DNA of 63,565 bases, the filler included, from Trypethelium eluteriae (taxonomy: Eukaryota): assembly GCA_051942245.1 (NCBI GenBank). It is 4 parts of 4 records of this genome, joined end to end, with 100 filler letters (N's around TTAATTAATTAA, not from the genome) between each part and the next. Parts side by side here need not be neighbours in the genome. Positions count along the whole stretch, not along the records: positions 1 to 15,911 come from JAVECL010000637.1; positions 16,012 to 31,834 come from JAVECL010000639.1; 2 more parts are not named here. One strand, 5' to 3'. The notes below the pieces were generated by a model. The model was not told the DNA's origin, made no database searches, and saw nothing but the letters and a program-made list of their open reading frames with translations. The translations under genes and the position numbers were made by a program. Positions 12,301 to 23,057 of this stretch are shown piece by piece. Position 1 is the first letter of the stretch. Each line of letters begins with the position of its first letter.

Positions 12301-15300
12301 AAGGGGAAGGAAGAACCAGAGAAGCCGAAGAAAGAGACTCCAAAGCAGAAGAAGGAACGTGAGAAGAAGGAGAAAGAAGAGAAGGAGAGGTTGGAGAGGG
12401 AGGAAAAGGAGAGGGCTGAGCAAGAAGCCAAAGAGAAAGAGGAAGCTGAGAGGAAAGCTGCTGAAGAAGCCGCTGAAGAAGCCGAGAAGAAGAAGAAAGC
12501 TACTGAGGAAGATATATGGGGTTTCGCCGCCAAACCGAAGAAGAAGGAGACCGTGAAAGAGCGGAAAGAACGGGAGAAGAGAGAAAAGGAGGAGAAAGAT
12601 AGAGCGGAGCAAGAAGAGAAAGAGAGGGAAGAAGCCGAAAGGAAAGCCCAGGAGGAAGCTGAACTCGCTGCGCTAGAGAAGAGCAAGTCGAAAGACTCCA
12701 AGGGGTCAAAGAAAGAGGAAGAGGATACTCCTGCGAAAGCTGTCAAAGGTTTCTGGGGTAGCTTCGGTTCAGGCTCTACCAAGACCAAAACCACCAAGGA
12801 GAAGGAAAAAGAGAAGAAGGAGAAAGAGGAGAGGGAAAGAAAAGAAGCTGAAGAAGCCGAAAGGGTCCAGAAGGAAAAGGAAGACGCTGAGATGGCAGCG
12901 TTCCTAGACGATCCTATAGTCACAATTGTTGATGAAGGTCCTCCCAAAGATGCAAAGAAAAAAGGCAGCAAGGTGACTGATACCAAGGCCAAAAAATCCA
13001 GCAAATCAAAGATCGAGCCGAAGGAAGATCCTATCGTGGATGTATGGGCACCTCCACCAGCAGATCCGCTCATCGATTTCCTGGATGCGACTGCGCCTCC
13101 ACCGCCACCGATGGCAAATGAGGTACCGGAAGTTAAGAAGGCGGATGGCTGGAGCTTCTGGGGTTCGTCCCTGAAATCCTCGAAAAAGGGCGCTAGCGGC
13201 TCGGCCGATACTAACAAGGAAATGAGCTCTAATGCTACGACCAATGAGAAGGGCTCGCTAAAGTATGGCGACCCGGAGAAGTCGCTCGAAGCTGCCGGCG
13301 CTGACGAACTGCAATTTCCTTCCAGCAAAGAAGGAAAGGGCAAGAACAGTGGAAATCTGGCATCTTCGGTCACTTTTGCAGATGAAGTGTTGAAGAAAGA
13401 CTCTGCCAAGGATAAGAAAACCGCATCTTCCAAAAAAACCAGTTCTGTTGCGGATAAAGTCAAAGCGTTGCAGGGTGAGAAAGAAAAGGAAAGAGAAAAA
13501 CAGAAGAGAGAGGCCGATCTTGAAGCTTTCCTTGTCACAGACCCACCGGATCTAACACCTCCGCCACCTCCTCCTCCAGTCGCGACAACCAAGTCGTCCA
13601 AAGACGCGAAGAAGTCTTCCAAACCCTCCAAGAAGGTCAAGGATCTTTCTCCCGAACCTCTCGACGTCCCTTTCGACGTCATTCCCTCAGCACCTTCACC
13701 TATTCCTGGCGGTTTTCCTCTCGACGACCTTCTCGTCGATCCCCCTGCTGAGCCTTTTGAACCTGCTATGCCAGTAGCGACCCCGAAGAAATCATCGTCC
13801 AAGACCGTGAAATCTTCCACCAAGAAAGACACTGCCAAGTCTTCTTCCAAAAAGACCACTACCGTCGTCGACTCGCCTCCACCACCACCAGCCGCCGACG
13901 AGTTCATCGACGCCGATATTGTGGTCGACCCGAAACCTGTAGAGCAACCGAAGAAAGAGAAGAAGGAACGACCTAAGATCTCCAAGGATCAAGGAGGTTC
14001 TTCATCTTGGGGTTTCTGGGGCGCAACAACCCCTACACCGAAGAAAGAACCGAAGCGCGTTAAGGACGACGTTTCGCCGGTGAAAGAGAAGGGTACAGAT
14101 AACGAAGCCGAAACGAAGAAGGCGAAGAAGAATTCCGCCAGTAAGGAAACACGACCAGGACTCAGTCGCTCGAAATCTGCGCGCAAGACTACCGATAAAG
14201 ATCCCGCGGATAAAGCATCGAGATCTTCCGGCTCGAACGAGATGGCTCCCAAACGCGAAAGCGAGCGCCCAAGGACCAGTCGAGGTATGAGCTTCTCGGG
14301 CTTGTTCGGCAAAGGTGGCGGCGCTGCTGCGGCTCCGCCGGCGATGTCAAGGAGACACTCCACGCGCGAGAAGACGAGTCGCAGACCTTCGACAGCGGTG
14401 GATGAGGGCTTTGGTCTTATGTCACCGCCGCCTGATGACGCGGACGTGGAGAAGCGGGAGCGTAGAGAAAGGAGGAAGAAGGAAAAGGAAATCGAGGTAA
14501 ACGACAAGGCCGCAAAGGTGATGGGTCTGGGCGGTGATAGCAAGCGCCGCGGGAGTGTGAGGCGGAAGTCTGCAGGTAAGAGATCCAAGCTACTGAATCC
14601 ACGTTCGAGACGAACAAGTGGGATGGGTTGGAGACGCTTTCGAGCCCGCAACGGGCGTCAGCGCGAAACGAAGAACCAAGCTAACGTGTCGGTTCCTCCT
14701 CCAGTCCCCGATCCCTATCCCCTTGACGATGATATTGTCATGGTCGACCATCCTGATGGTGAGGATGATATCGTCTCGCCTCCGCCCGAACCAACCAAGC
14801 GTGATCGCCCCAAGGAGCTCTCACGTAGCAAGTCATCCAAATCCAAGCGAGACTCCAAAATTGACTCTGCCTCCGGTGGGTCTGGCGATGCTGTCCTCGT
14901 GGATGCGGGCCCTCCAGACGACGGTCTTGTGCCCCAGCCTGAACACCTGACCTTCGTAGACACGCCACCAAGACGACCGCCTCTTAAACGCGCTGTCACC
15001 AGCGCAACGCCCCGCAAGAAGGACGACTCTACGGGTGGCGGCATGATGCGCGGACTGTTCGGCTCCTTCAAAGCAAAGCCCTCTCGCGGCATTTCGGATG
15101 ATGAACACACCCGCGACCGTCGTCGTTCCACTCGTGCCTACGAGTCTGCAGACGAATACGCGCGCGATCGTAAGAAGCGCAGTGCGGCTGTAGACTCAGA
15201 CGCCCAGAAGCGACTGCGGAGAGAAGGTCGTCGCGTCGAGCGCTCGTCCCCTCGCGGCGTCAAGACCAATGGCAGTCGCTACGTCGACGCCGAAGAGGGC

Positions 15301-15911
15301 GTCCTGACCGACGCAGCGCCACGAGAAGGGAGCGCAAGTGATGGCGAGGCAGAAATTCGACGCTCCTCGAAGCGCAAAGACATCGGCGGCTCAGATCGCC
15401 TGGATGCGCTCCGCCGCGAAAAAGACCGCATGGTGCGCGACGCGAAGAAAGACAAGGCTCGCGCACGCGAGCGCGTCGAGGCCGCCGAGCAGGACTTCGA
15501 GGCCCAACGCCGCGAGGACCGCCGCGCCCGACGCAGGGAGGAAGAAGCCCGACGCGACGCCGACGACCGCCGCCCTTCGGCTCGCCGTCGCGACTCTGCC
15601 GCCGCCACCGCCACTGCATCCTACGATCGCCCCCGAGCCGATCGCCGGCGCAGCCACCTCGACAAGCCGACTCGACCCTCTGACGACGAAGACGCGCGAC
15701 GTATCCGTCGCGAGGAACGGCGCGTGCGACGGGAGCGCGAAGGCGGTGGGCGCAAGGACTATCTCGATGTCCCTTCGCCGCAGGGGCCCTATAAGGCGGA
15801 TGCGGGCGATAAGACGTCCAGCTGGGTCAATTCGATCAATATGGATCCGCCGCTGCCGCCGCCTGATCAGGCTACGGTGATTGAGGAGGCGGTGACGGCG
15901 AGGGGGGAGGG
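9303..15911 (+). CDS. Very large disordered protein with ~20 acidic-Trp / KKDKKK repeats and E/K-rich helices, 3'-partial
   Basis: ATG at 9303. The phase-0 intron 10359-10476 joins KKTKK|GPEPT, and a second probable intron lies at 14576-14704 (GTAAGA...CTAAC...CAG). The frame stays open into the linker. Confidence 0.8.
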
Positions 15912-16011
15912 NNNNNNNNNNNNNNNNNNNNNNNNNNNNNNNNNNNNNNNNNNNNTTAATTAATTAANNNNNNNNNNNNNNNNNNNNNNNNNNNNNNNNN
16001 NNNNNNNNNNN
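15912..16011. other. Artificial contig linker
   Basis: N44-TTAATTAATTAA-N44, which has stops in all six frames. Confidence 0.97.
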
Positions 16012-16160
16012 GACCTCTTCAATTATCACCATATAATTATTTAATTAATAGCTGTTGTGGTTGTTGAGATAATGGAGGTGGACGGGCTGCTTGGAAGCGG
16101 CAGCTTGGTGTTGCAGATACCCGTGGGTTGCACGGACCCGTGGATACTCCTACTAAACGT
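16012..16160 (-). mobile_element. Probable degenerate Fot1/pogo-like DNA transposon 5' end
   Basis: The minus strand starts ACGT and contains 17-bp imperfect tandem repeats (+ strand GTTGCAGATACCCGTGG at 16110 and GTTGCACGGACCCGTGG at 16127). TA-rich sequence and an ATG GTG ATA ATT GAA GAG frame follow, cut by the contig end. No TA target site is visible. Confidence 0.4.
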
Positions 16161-16881
16161 GGGGCACGGCAGAATGTGTTAGCGGAAAGCAGGGTTTACC
16201 GTACAGGGTAGGGCACCAACACAGATCAAACTCTGCATCAAGTCCTGTGCTGACTTCGTACTTCCGACAGTCAATTCCGAAGCAATGTCATACGTGCTTA
16301 CTTGACTTCAACTTATGATACAACTGCACGACATTCGTTGCAGGTCGAGGCATGCCGCTCGCTTCGTTGTTGGAGCCAAAACCATACCGCCATGTTCTCC
16401 GGCAGGCGTAGCTAATGGCTTTGGTGCGGTATTAGATTGAAATCTTTCATGTTGCTGTATTCATCGTGCATTTGGTCTTTCTCATAGTAATTACTTCGCT
16501 TTGCAGATATGCTGTTTGAAGATAGGAAAGAACCTTCCGTAACAAAAGGTAGTGTTGAGGTCGGGAAGACGGTCCACGGAAGTTTCCTGAATCCCTCGCG
16601 GAGTCTTTTCTAATTATTGTTGGAGCAGCGCCTAGAGACGGCTTTGAGGCTTCTCGAAGCAACAGAAGCATTAAAGATACCAGATCACAGTTCGACGGTG
16701 GGGTAATGAAGCTGTCAATCGATCCTTTATATCTCCGCACCATTCCTCCGCAGTCCGTCGCCTTCCCCCAAGCCTCCTTCAGCCGTTCTCCACCAGATTA
16801 TTCACACCGTATGTCCGTCTGGGCTTTCGGAGTCCTTCAAGTGCGACAATTCGATCTCAAGTACGCATTTATTTGCCCGTA

Positions 16882-18294
16882 TCAGCTGACTAGCCCAACT
16901 TCCGAAGCCTGGAAGCATTCGACAAGTTGCAGCGTAGCTGCCAGCTGTGCTAATCCAGAGATCAATCCCAGCAACCCTGACCATGCTGAGGATGCTATAT
17001 ATACGGGACAAGAGATGATGGCAGCAATGGCGCTGATTCCCAGGCTCAGCCGCCACCAGAACGTATAGCCTCGCCGGATTGCACGGCTCCGCAGGATCGG
17101 CACGGCCGTCAGGTAGGTTGATCCCAAACTCACGACGCATTGCGCCAATGCAAAGTAGAACCCACTATCATAGACCGGGTCCTGGGATGTCTGTCGGAAG
17201 GCTGCTAAACTTGCAGTAGCTGCCGCTATAACAGAACAGAGAAGCGTCGCAAGCAGAACACATGCCCTCTCACTAATAGCCTGGGTAAGTTTTTCTTTTG
17301 TCCTTCTTTCGACCAGAGATGACATCCAATCCAGCATCCCATTTCTTGGCAATGCTTCTCGCTCAGCGACATTTTGAGCGTAGGGTAGTGATTGCTCATC
17401 ATCAGCCAGTATGTCTCTCTCGCTCGGCTGTACTTGTTCCTGTGGATTTTCTCCTCCCAGCAGAGTAGAGGTATGCTCTCTCAAATGAGCACCACGTCGA
17501 CGTAAACCTTGAGAGCCATTCCCATCTAGACGTCGCTTTGGCATTCTCTCTTCGTACTGCATCTCGGGTCGAGATAAGAGCTTAGTCTGAATATCAGTGA
17601 GAATATCACACCTGGCTCTCAATCTTTCTATGCACCAGTGAGGCAGGCATTCAGGAATGGAGGGTGCGAATTCTTCCTTTCCTGCAAGGTCAAGAAAGTA
17701 GTCTATAAGAGTGTATATATCTCGCGTGTGGCCATCTGCTTGATTTTCGCCAGAGCCGAAACCAGCTTTGCATAAGTCGGAGTATAACTGGTCTCGTCTC
17801 GGCGCCGTCTCTGTGCTGATGCAGTCAATCAAGATTCGACGCCAAACGAGGATTACAGTTTTCGATGCCAGGTACTCCAGAGGCTCCAGATCTTCGAAAG
17901 AATCGAAGACGGTTGACGAATCTGTGCCATCTTCAACATAGTAGGATTGAAAGAGCAGGTCCACGGCTTGAAAGGCTCCGATGATTGGTATTAGAACCTG
18001 TGCAGCGACAGGATGTGTTAAGATGAGTAGCCTCATACTGGCTTCACCACCGGACTTCTTTTTCTTCAAATAGTAACTGATCGCACCGCCAGAGGCCTTA
18101 CTTTGCATAAGCAAGCCCTTGAATACCCTCCGACTTGTGTCCGTCAGCCTCAGTGGCCTGCCATGGACTTCCGGTGCGTACTGCTGGGTCAGTACTTCAA
18201 ATGAAGGAATCGCAGTCTCCGTCGAGTATTTTTCATGATACTGTCTAGTGAGGTCGGTATTGGTCTGTACCGATTCACCCTTATAGGATGGCAT
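16882..18294 (-). CDS. Hypothetical membrane protein (soluble N-terminal region plus ~4 C-terminal TM helices)
   Basis: Intronless 470-aa ORF with four hydrophobic segments in the last ~120 aa. Confidence 0.7.
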   Translation of the reverse strand: MPSYKGESVQTNTDLTRQYHEKYSTETAIPSFEVLTQQYAPEVHGRPLRLTDTSRRVFKGLLMQSKASGGAISYYLKKKKSGGEASMRLLILTHPVAAQVLIPIIGAFQAVDLLFQSYYVEDGTDSSTVFDSFEDLEPLEYLASKTVILVWRRILIDCISTETAPRRDQLYSDLCKAGFGSGENQADGHTRDIYTLIDYFLDLAGKEEFAPSIPECLPHWCIERLRARCDILTDIQTKLLSRPEMQYEERMPKRRLDGNGSQGLRRRGAHLREHTSTLLGGENPQEQVQPSERDILADDEQSLPYAQNVAEREALPRNGMLDWMSSLVERRTKEKLTQAISERACVLLATLLCSVIAAATASLAAFRQTSQDPVYDSGFYFALAQCVVSLGSTYLTAVPILRSRAIRRGYTFWWRLSLGISAIAAIISCPVYIASSAWSGLLGLISGLAQLAATLQLVECFQASEVGLVS

Positions 18295-18659
18295 TCTTGA
18301 GAAGTCAATGTTTGCTACAGAGTGTTCGTTGGTAGATGTTTCGATTCAAAACGATGGACCGCAGACAACGTAGTGGTACCAGGTTGTTTACACTGTTCTA
18401 CGGAAAGACCTAGACCGGGCTGGTAATGTTGTCTCATAATCCTTCAGTTAGATGCCATGTTCTAATAATTTGGGGGTGTCAGAAAAATGCATGAAGCCAA
18501 GTAGTCTTGGTCACGATAGCAGGCTGAAGACGGCATGCCATGATAAAGTGTATGTACACCGGATTAGTTCCGAGCTTGACGTCAATGAATCGATGTCATC
18601 ACAAAATACAGTGGAAGTGCTTCGCTGCCTTCTGCAGCATCAGCAGGCAACGAGGCACA

Positions 18660-18891
18660 CTGGTGTCTGCGCCACCCCTTCAGTACCTAAACCCCTTCAC
18701 CCCCTTTCATGCTCTCCACACCCCATTCTCGCTACATCTCATCCTATCTAATTTAGGCTGCGTATATTTAGTACCAGTCAGATAGATAGTAAAATGTATA
18801 TAGAATAAGACAAGATAATGCGATATTCAGTTCAGATAGATGAGCGGAGGTTGTAGGGGAAGGGTTACTAAAGGGGTGGCGCAGATCCCAG
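18660..18891. mobile_element. MITE-like element with 26-bp terminal inverted repeats
   Basis: CTGGTGTCTGCGCCACCCCTTCAGTA (18660-18685) matches the reverse complement of 18866-18891 (CTGGGATCTGCGCCACCCCTTTAGTA) at 23/26 positions, with a 15-bp exact core. The interior is non-coding with an AT-rich centre. Confidence 0.65.
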
Positions 18892-19462
18892 CAACCCACA
18901 GGGTGGAGAGCTCAAGATCTCAGCCGTTCCGGGTTTCCCGTTAAGGGCCAGCACACCTTACTCTAGGCGGAAAGGCGGATCGAGGCGGATCAAGTCAACT
19001 GCCAGCATTTCTTCAGGTAGATTTAATATCTGCATCTCGAGCAAATTCCAAATTCCAAGTACGCCTAATCTGCCAGCTTGATCTCTCATATTATGAGAAT
19101 ACAACAAATTAGATCATACAATCCACAACAATTGATAATTAAAGCTGTAAAGATCTCCTATTTTGATCAGATTATGTTTTATTGAGTTGATAAGACATTC
19201 GAGAGATTTAGTATCTCAAAAGTTGAGCAACTGCACTTCGTATGGATAGAATGGAACAGAAAGTGCGCAAGGTTAGAAAGCGCAGAGAAAAGCGCATAAT
19301 AGTCCGAAAGGCGTATCACTAGCAAAAACGAACTTGAATTAAATTAAATAAGGTCAGACAGAATAATCAATGTGTGCATTTTCCTGATCGGTATTAAAAC
19401 CTACTCAAACGAGAACTGTTTTCCTCAAACGGCAAATCCAGACCCAAATTCCCCAGCACAAA

Positions 19463-19567
19463 GATTACGAGAAGATCGTCGAGATGCTGCTGTGCCACGG
19501 CGTAAACGTCAATGTGCAAGACGGGTCGTTCGACAGTGCGCTACAAGATGCAGTGAATTGTGGCTAA
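19463..19567 (+). pseudogene. Isolated ankyrin-repeat relic
   Basis: Translates to DYEKIVEMLLCHGVNVNVQDGSFDSALQDAVNCG*. This matches the GHEKIVxxLLxxGAxVNAQGGxYGSALQAA repeat type of fungal NACHT-ANK proteins, with no surrounding ORF. Confidence 0.6.
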
Positions 19568-20698
19568 TATGTGTGCTTCTCTTATGTGAAATAAGGTAAG
19601 GAGCCAGGTATCTGAACTAGATGTGAGGAGGGTGATTATTGTTGAAATCCGAGGTCTATAAGGTTCTGGGTTCTTGTGGTGGTTGATTCTTGTCGTTCTT
19701 GATTCTATGAAGCTATCTAGTACTCCGCACCTAGCCCTGAAGGTTTTATGTGCGGTCTCCCAGGTGCGCTGGACTTGACCTCTATGCGGCGCCGTAGCCG
19801 AGGACGAGATGAAGTTTTTGATTCGGGGGGGCTCCATCACCACAAGGAATTGGTGAGGATAATTTGAAGGCGGTACTTGTTGAAGCTTTCCCTATCGACC
19901 AATACCATTACTTTTTTAATTGAAGTGTTATGGAGGTGGGCGCATTGGTGGAGATTTGTATGAAGTTGGAAATTGGCGTGCAGGGCAAATGGTACTCCGC
20001 ACCCGCCGTAATGACGTATGCTCGGGCTATCTCCTCCCGAGCTCAAACAACTCTGGCGCTGAGCGAGTGTTAATGTCGGATTTACCTTCTCCATAACTCC
20101 GCGATCGGTCTAAATACATTCTTTAACGCGCAGAGGTGTACGTGCTAGATCTGCAGTGCCTGTCTAAGGTAACATATCGGCGCTGCAAGCTACGCAAACT
20201 TATTGAACATGAGTTGTAACATTGATTACAACAATGTTTAATTATCTCTGGCCAATCAGAGTAATGAGATCTTCATTCTGCCGCATTGGGCAGTCAAGAC
20301 AGTCAGCTGCTCTGGATGTCTTCACCGCCACCGCCTTACTGGAGAGGCTCGCTTCAATCCTAAGGGTTCCGCTCGCCTATTTCACATGTCACCGCAGCCG
20401 ATCTTTGGTTGCGTCCTATTGAAGGTCTTTAATTACATTTTAGAGGATTATTCATACAATAAGCCAACTCCAAATTATCATACTACTTAGGTAGGTACAG
20501 AAGTAATTTGAGCGAGAGCCCTGTTATGTGAAATAAGGAATTTCGGCGGGTAATGAAACTCTTCTCCTCGAATTCAGGCAAGAATTACACCTTCTGAGCA
20601 GGCTATAGACATTACTCTAGATCGGTGTGAGATAGTATTTATGCGACCTGTCATCACCACATCTCAAGCTCCAACCTCTTCTCCACTCGAAACCTTTC

Positions 20699-22345
20699 TC
20701 AAGTCTCCCTAAACTTCTGATCCACCTCTTCAAACCAATCCAACGCCCCTTGGAACAGTCTCACCCCCAGGCCGGGATCTAAATTCCCTATCGTCGCTCT
20801 TATACTATGCATACTCAACTGCGGAAGGCCCGCGTCAATCGCACGCATGCCAGTGGCCGAGCTCAGCATAGGCCCCACCGTGCCCCCACTCCGACTATCA
20901 TTCCGTATCTGAAAGACTTGCAGCACGCTTCCACACTTCTCCGCAATTTGGGTCAGTATCGCAGTACTGACAGCATCGGTCGTCATGTGCCCGTTCGGGT
21001 CCGCTGAGATCGCGACACCTGTGTTGAGGCGCGGGGCGTGGTTCGGGAGGTAGGCCGAGAGGAAGTTGGGATTGACGGCGTGGATGACGTCGGAGGAGAT
21101 GAGAAAGGAGTTGGCGACAGTACGCGCAGCAAGCGAGGCCGACGAACAAGAGGACGACGAGGAGTGCGACAGTGATTCGGTGATGCGTGAGATGGTCTCG
21201 GGGAGGAAGTTGGAGCGGGCACCTTGACGGAGAAGGGAGCCGATTTCTTCGTTGTCGAAGAGGCCGACGACTTTGAGAGTTTTAGTTGAGGATGGAGTAT
21301 GGCTTTGGGTGGATGAGAAGGAAGGAGCGGAAGAGGATGAAGAGATCAGCCCTTGCAGTGCGGCCCATGAACAGAGTTTATCGTCGATGCGGCCAGCAAA
21401 GATGAACTCTTTGTCGAGACCTCCGAGTTGGGCGGGTTGCGTGTCGAAGAGTTCTAGTTCCCAATTGATGATGCTGCTGTAGTCAGAGATGCCGAGTTCG
21501 CTGGCGATCGCTTTGACGAGACGTTCTGGCTGCGTGGCGGCGAATGTGCCCTCTCCTCCGAGCACTAATACGTTGCCGGCACCGCTCCCGTTATCGTATT
21601 TGGAACCAGAGTCGTCAAGACCAATGATGGGGACCATCTGTGTTTCTGGATTAAATGGACCTTGAGCAGCTGCACCAAAATGGGGTGCCAGTGTCGGAAC
21701 TCGTGCAATTGGATAGTCAAGCTTCACAAGTCTGGTTGAAATCTTGCCAGATGAGTTTCGAACCAGCACCCGGCCACCAACGCCAAGATCTCGGTCCCAC
21801 CAGGTACTGTTCAACCCACCTGCGTACGGCGCGACTCCTAGCTGCACGTATCCGGCCTTTGTTTGCAGCTTTGGAATTGGCTTCAGCTTCACGCTGAGTG
21901 CGTCAACGTGACCGGCCAAGACACAAGCTCCCATTCCTGGCTCCCACTCTTCTCCCACCGTGAAGGCAATCATACTACTTCCATTGCGCTCCACGAAGTA
22001 TTTTCCGCCTGGCTTGAGATTCCATTCATCCCGTTCATCTATCTTTTCAAATCCGGCACTCTCAAGATCAGAGGCCAAGGATGAGACAGCGTGGAATACA
22101 GTAGGGTTGTCGGTGAGGAAGTTCATGAAAGGGATCGCATAAGAGGAAGCATTGTCGGGAGTCGCGCGATGGGGGATTGAGGTGTCTTTTCTAGCTGAAG
22201 GTCTAGAACTTGAACCCATTTCCACATTCAAAGGTGTTGTCCGGGTCATATCGATGCTGGCTGTGTGTTGAGATGGGGGTGTTTGGAAAGTGTCGCCGGG
22301 GTTGAGAGATGAAAACACTGGAATATGATTAGATTTACGGGTCAT
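20699..22345 (-). CDS. LAP4: M18 vacuolar aminopeptidase (Lap4/Ape1-like)
   Basis: Intronless 548 aa with motifs NPTVFHAV, GHVDAL, WWDRDL, GRIDDKLCSW, FDNEEIGS, SDVIHA and LSMHSIR. Confidence 0.9.
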   Translation of the reverse strand: MTRKSNHIPVFSSLNPGDTFQTPPSQHTASIDMTRTTPLNVEMGSSSRPSARKDTSIPHRATPDNASSYAIPFMNFLTDNPTVFHAVSSLASDLESAGFEKIDERDEWNLKPGGKYFVERNGSSMIAFTVGEEWEPGMGACVLAGHVDALSVKLKPIPKLQTKAGYVQLGVAPYAGGLNSTWWDRDLGVGGRVLVRNSSGKISTRLVKLDYPIARVPTLAPHFGAAAQGPFNPETQMVPIIGLDDSGSKYDNGSGAGNVLVLGGEGTFAATQPERLVKAIASELGISDYSSIINWELELFDTQPAQLGGLDKEFIFAGRIDDKLCSWAALQGLISSSSSAPSFSSTQSHTPSSTKTLKVVGLFDNEEIGSLLRQGARSNFLPETISRITESLSHSSSSSCSSASLAARTVANSFLISSDVIHAVNPNFLSAYLPNHAPRLNTGVAISADPNGHMTTDAVSTAILTQIAEKCGSVLQVFQIRNDSRSGGTVGPMLSSATGMRAIDAGLPQLSMHSIRATIGNLDPGLGVRLFQGALDWFEEVDQKFRET

Positions 22346-23057
22346 TGTATGCCGCTGTCAAGTTTAATCTATTGTTTCTATGAGGTAAATGCTGCAAAGA
22401 TCAACAAACGTATGAATCTGTCAAGTTCGAAGGAGCAAGTACCGCGAGGAAGGCCTCGGCTTTAGTAAGGTACCTAACCTTGATGGACCGGTTGCCAGGT
22501 GACCACCCTTTTCTTTGATCTACAAAACTCCAGTACGTCTTATCGCGTCGATAAGACAATGTAGGTAGGAAGCTATAGTCTCCGACTCGATGGCCATCCT
22601 TAAGGCAATCTCATGATGAACCGCGCGTATGCCATGACGTTGCTAAAAGGTGGTCAGAAGACCCCCCCGTAGCAAGGTCCCCTGCATCGTGACCAGCGGG
22701 TGATGGAAATTGTGCGTATGTTCGAAAGACATCTTCTCGTCCGTTGTTAACTTGCATAATCTATTTGAAAGTCATATTGGGCTACTTGAGCTATCTAGAA
22801 TTCGGAATTCTGTCGTTGGGTATAGGTACATGCAGGGCATGTGAGCAGCTTCGAAAAAGGCAATGGTAGTCATGATCATTAAAGAGCAACAAAATGGCAC
22901 TCGGTGTGCACCTTCCGGATCTTGAAATAGTAGAATGCAGCGAGCGCCTTACCCATGAAGCTGTGAATGCCAATCAACGAGCACAAATTGTGAAGAGCCT
23001 CCAAACTACCGTCTTATGTGAAAGCGCTCCATGGGTACAGCAAGAACCATCGTTACC

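Noticed and set aside
10428..14651. Long antisense ORFs (388, 640 and 220 aa) rich in Phe/Ser
   Set aside because: They are mirror frames of Lys/Glu-rich sense codons, with no independent coding signal.
15956..15967. TTAATTAATTAA recurring at ~15.9-kb intervals as a biological repeat
   Set aside because: It is always centred in N runs and is a six-frame-stop assembly spacer.
19582..20538. Repeat TTATGTGAAATAAGG as an LTR pair
   Set aside because: The match is only ~15 bp and does not extend, and there are no gag/pol remnants between the copies.
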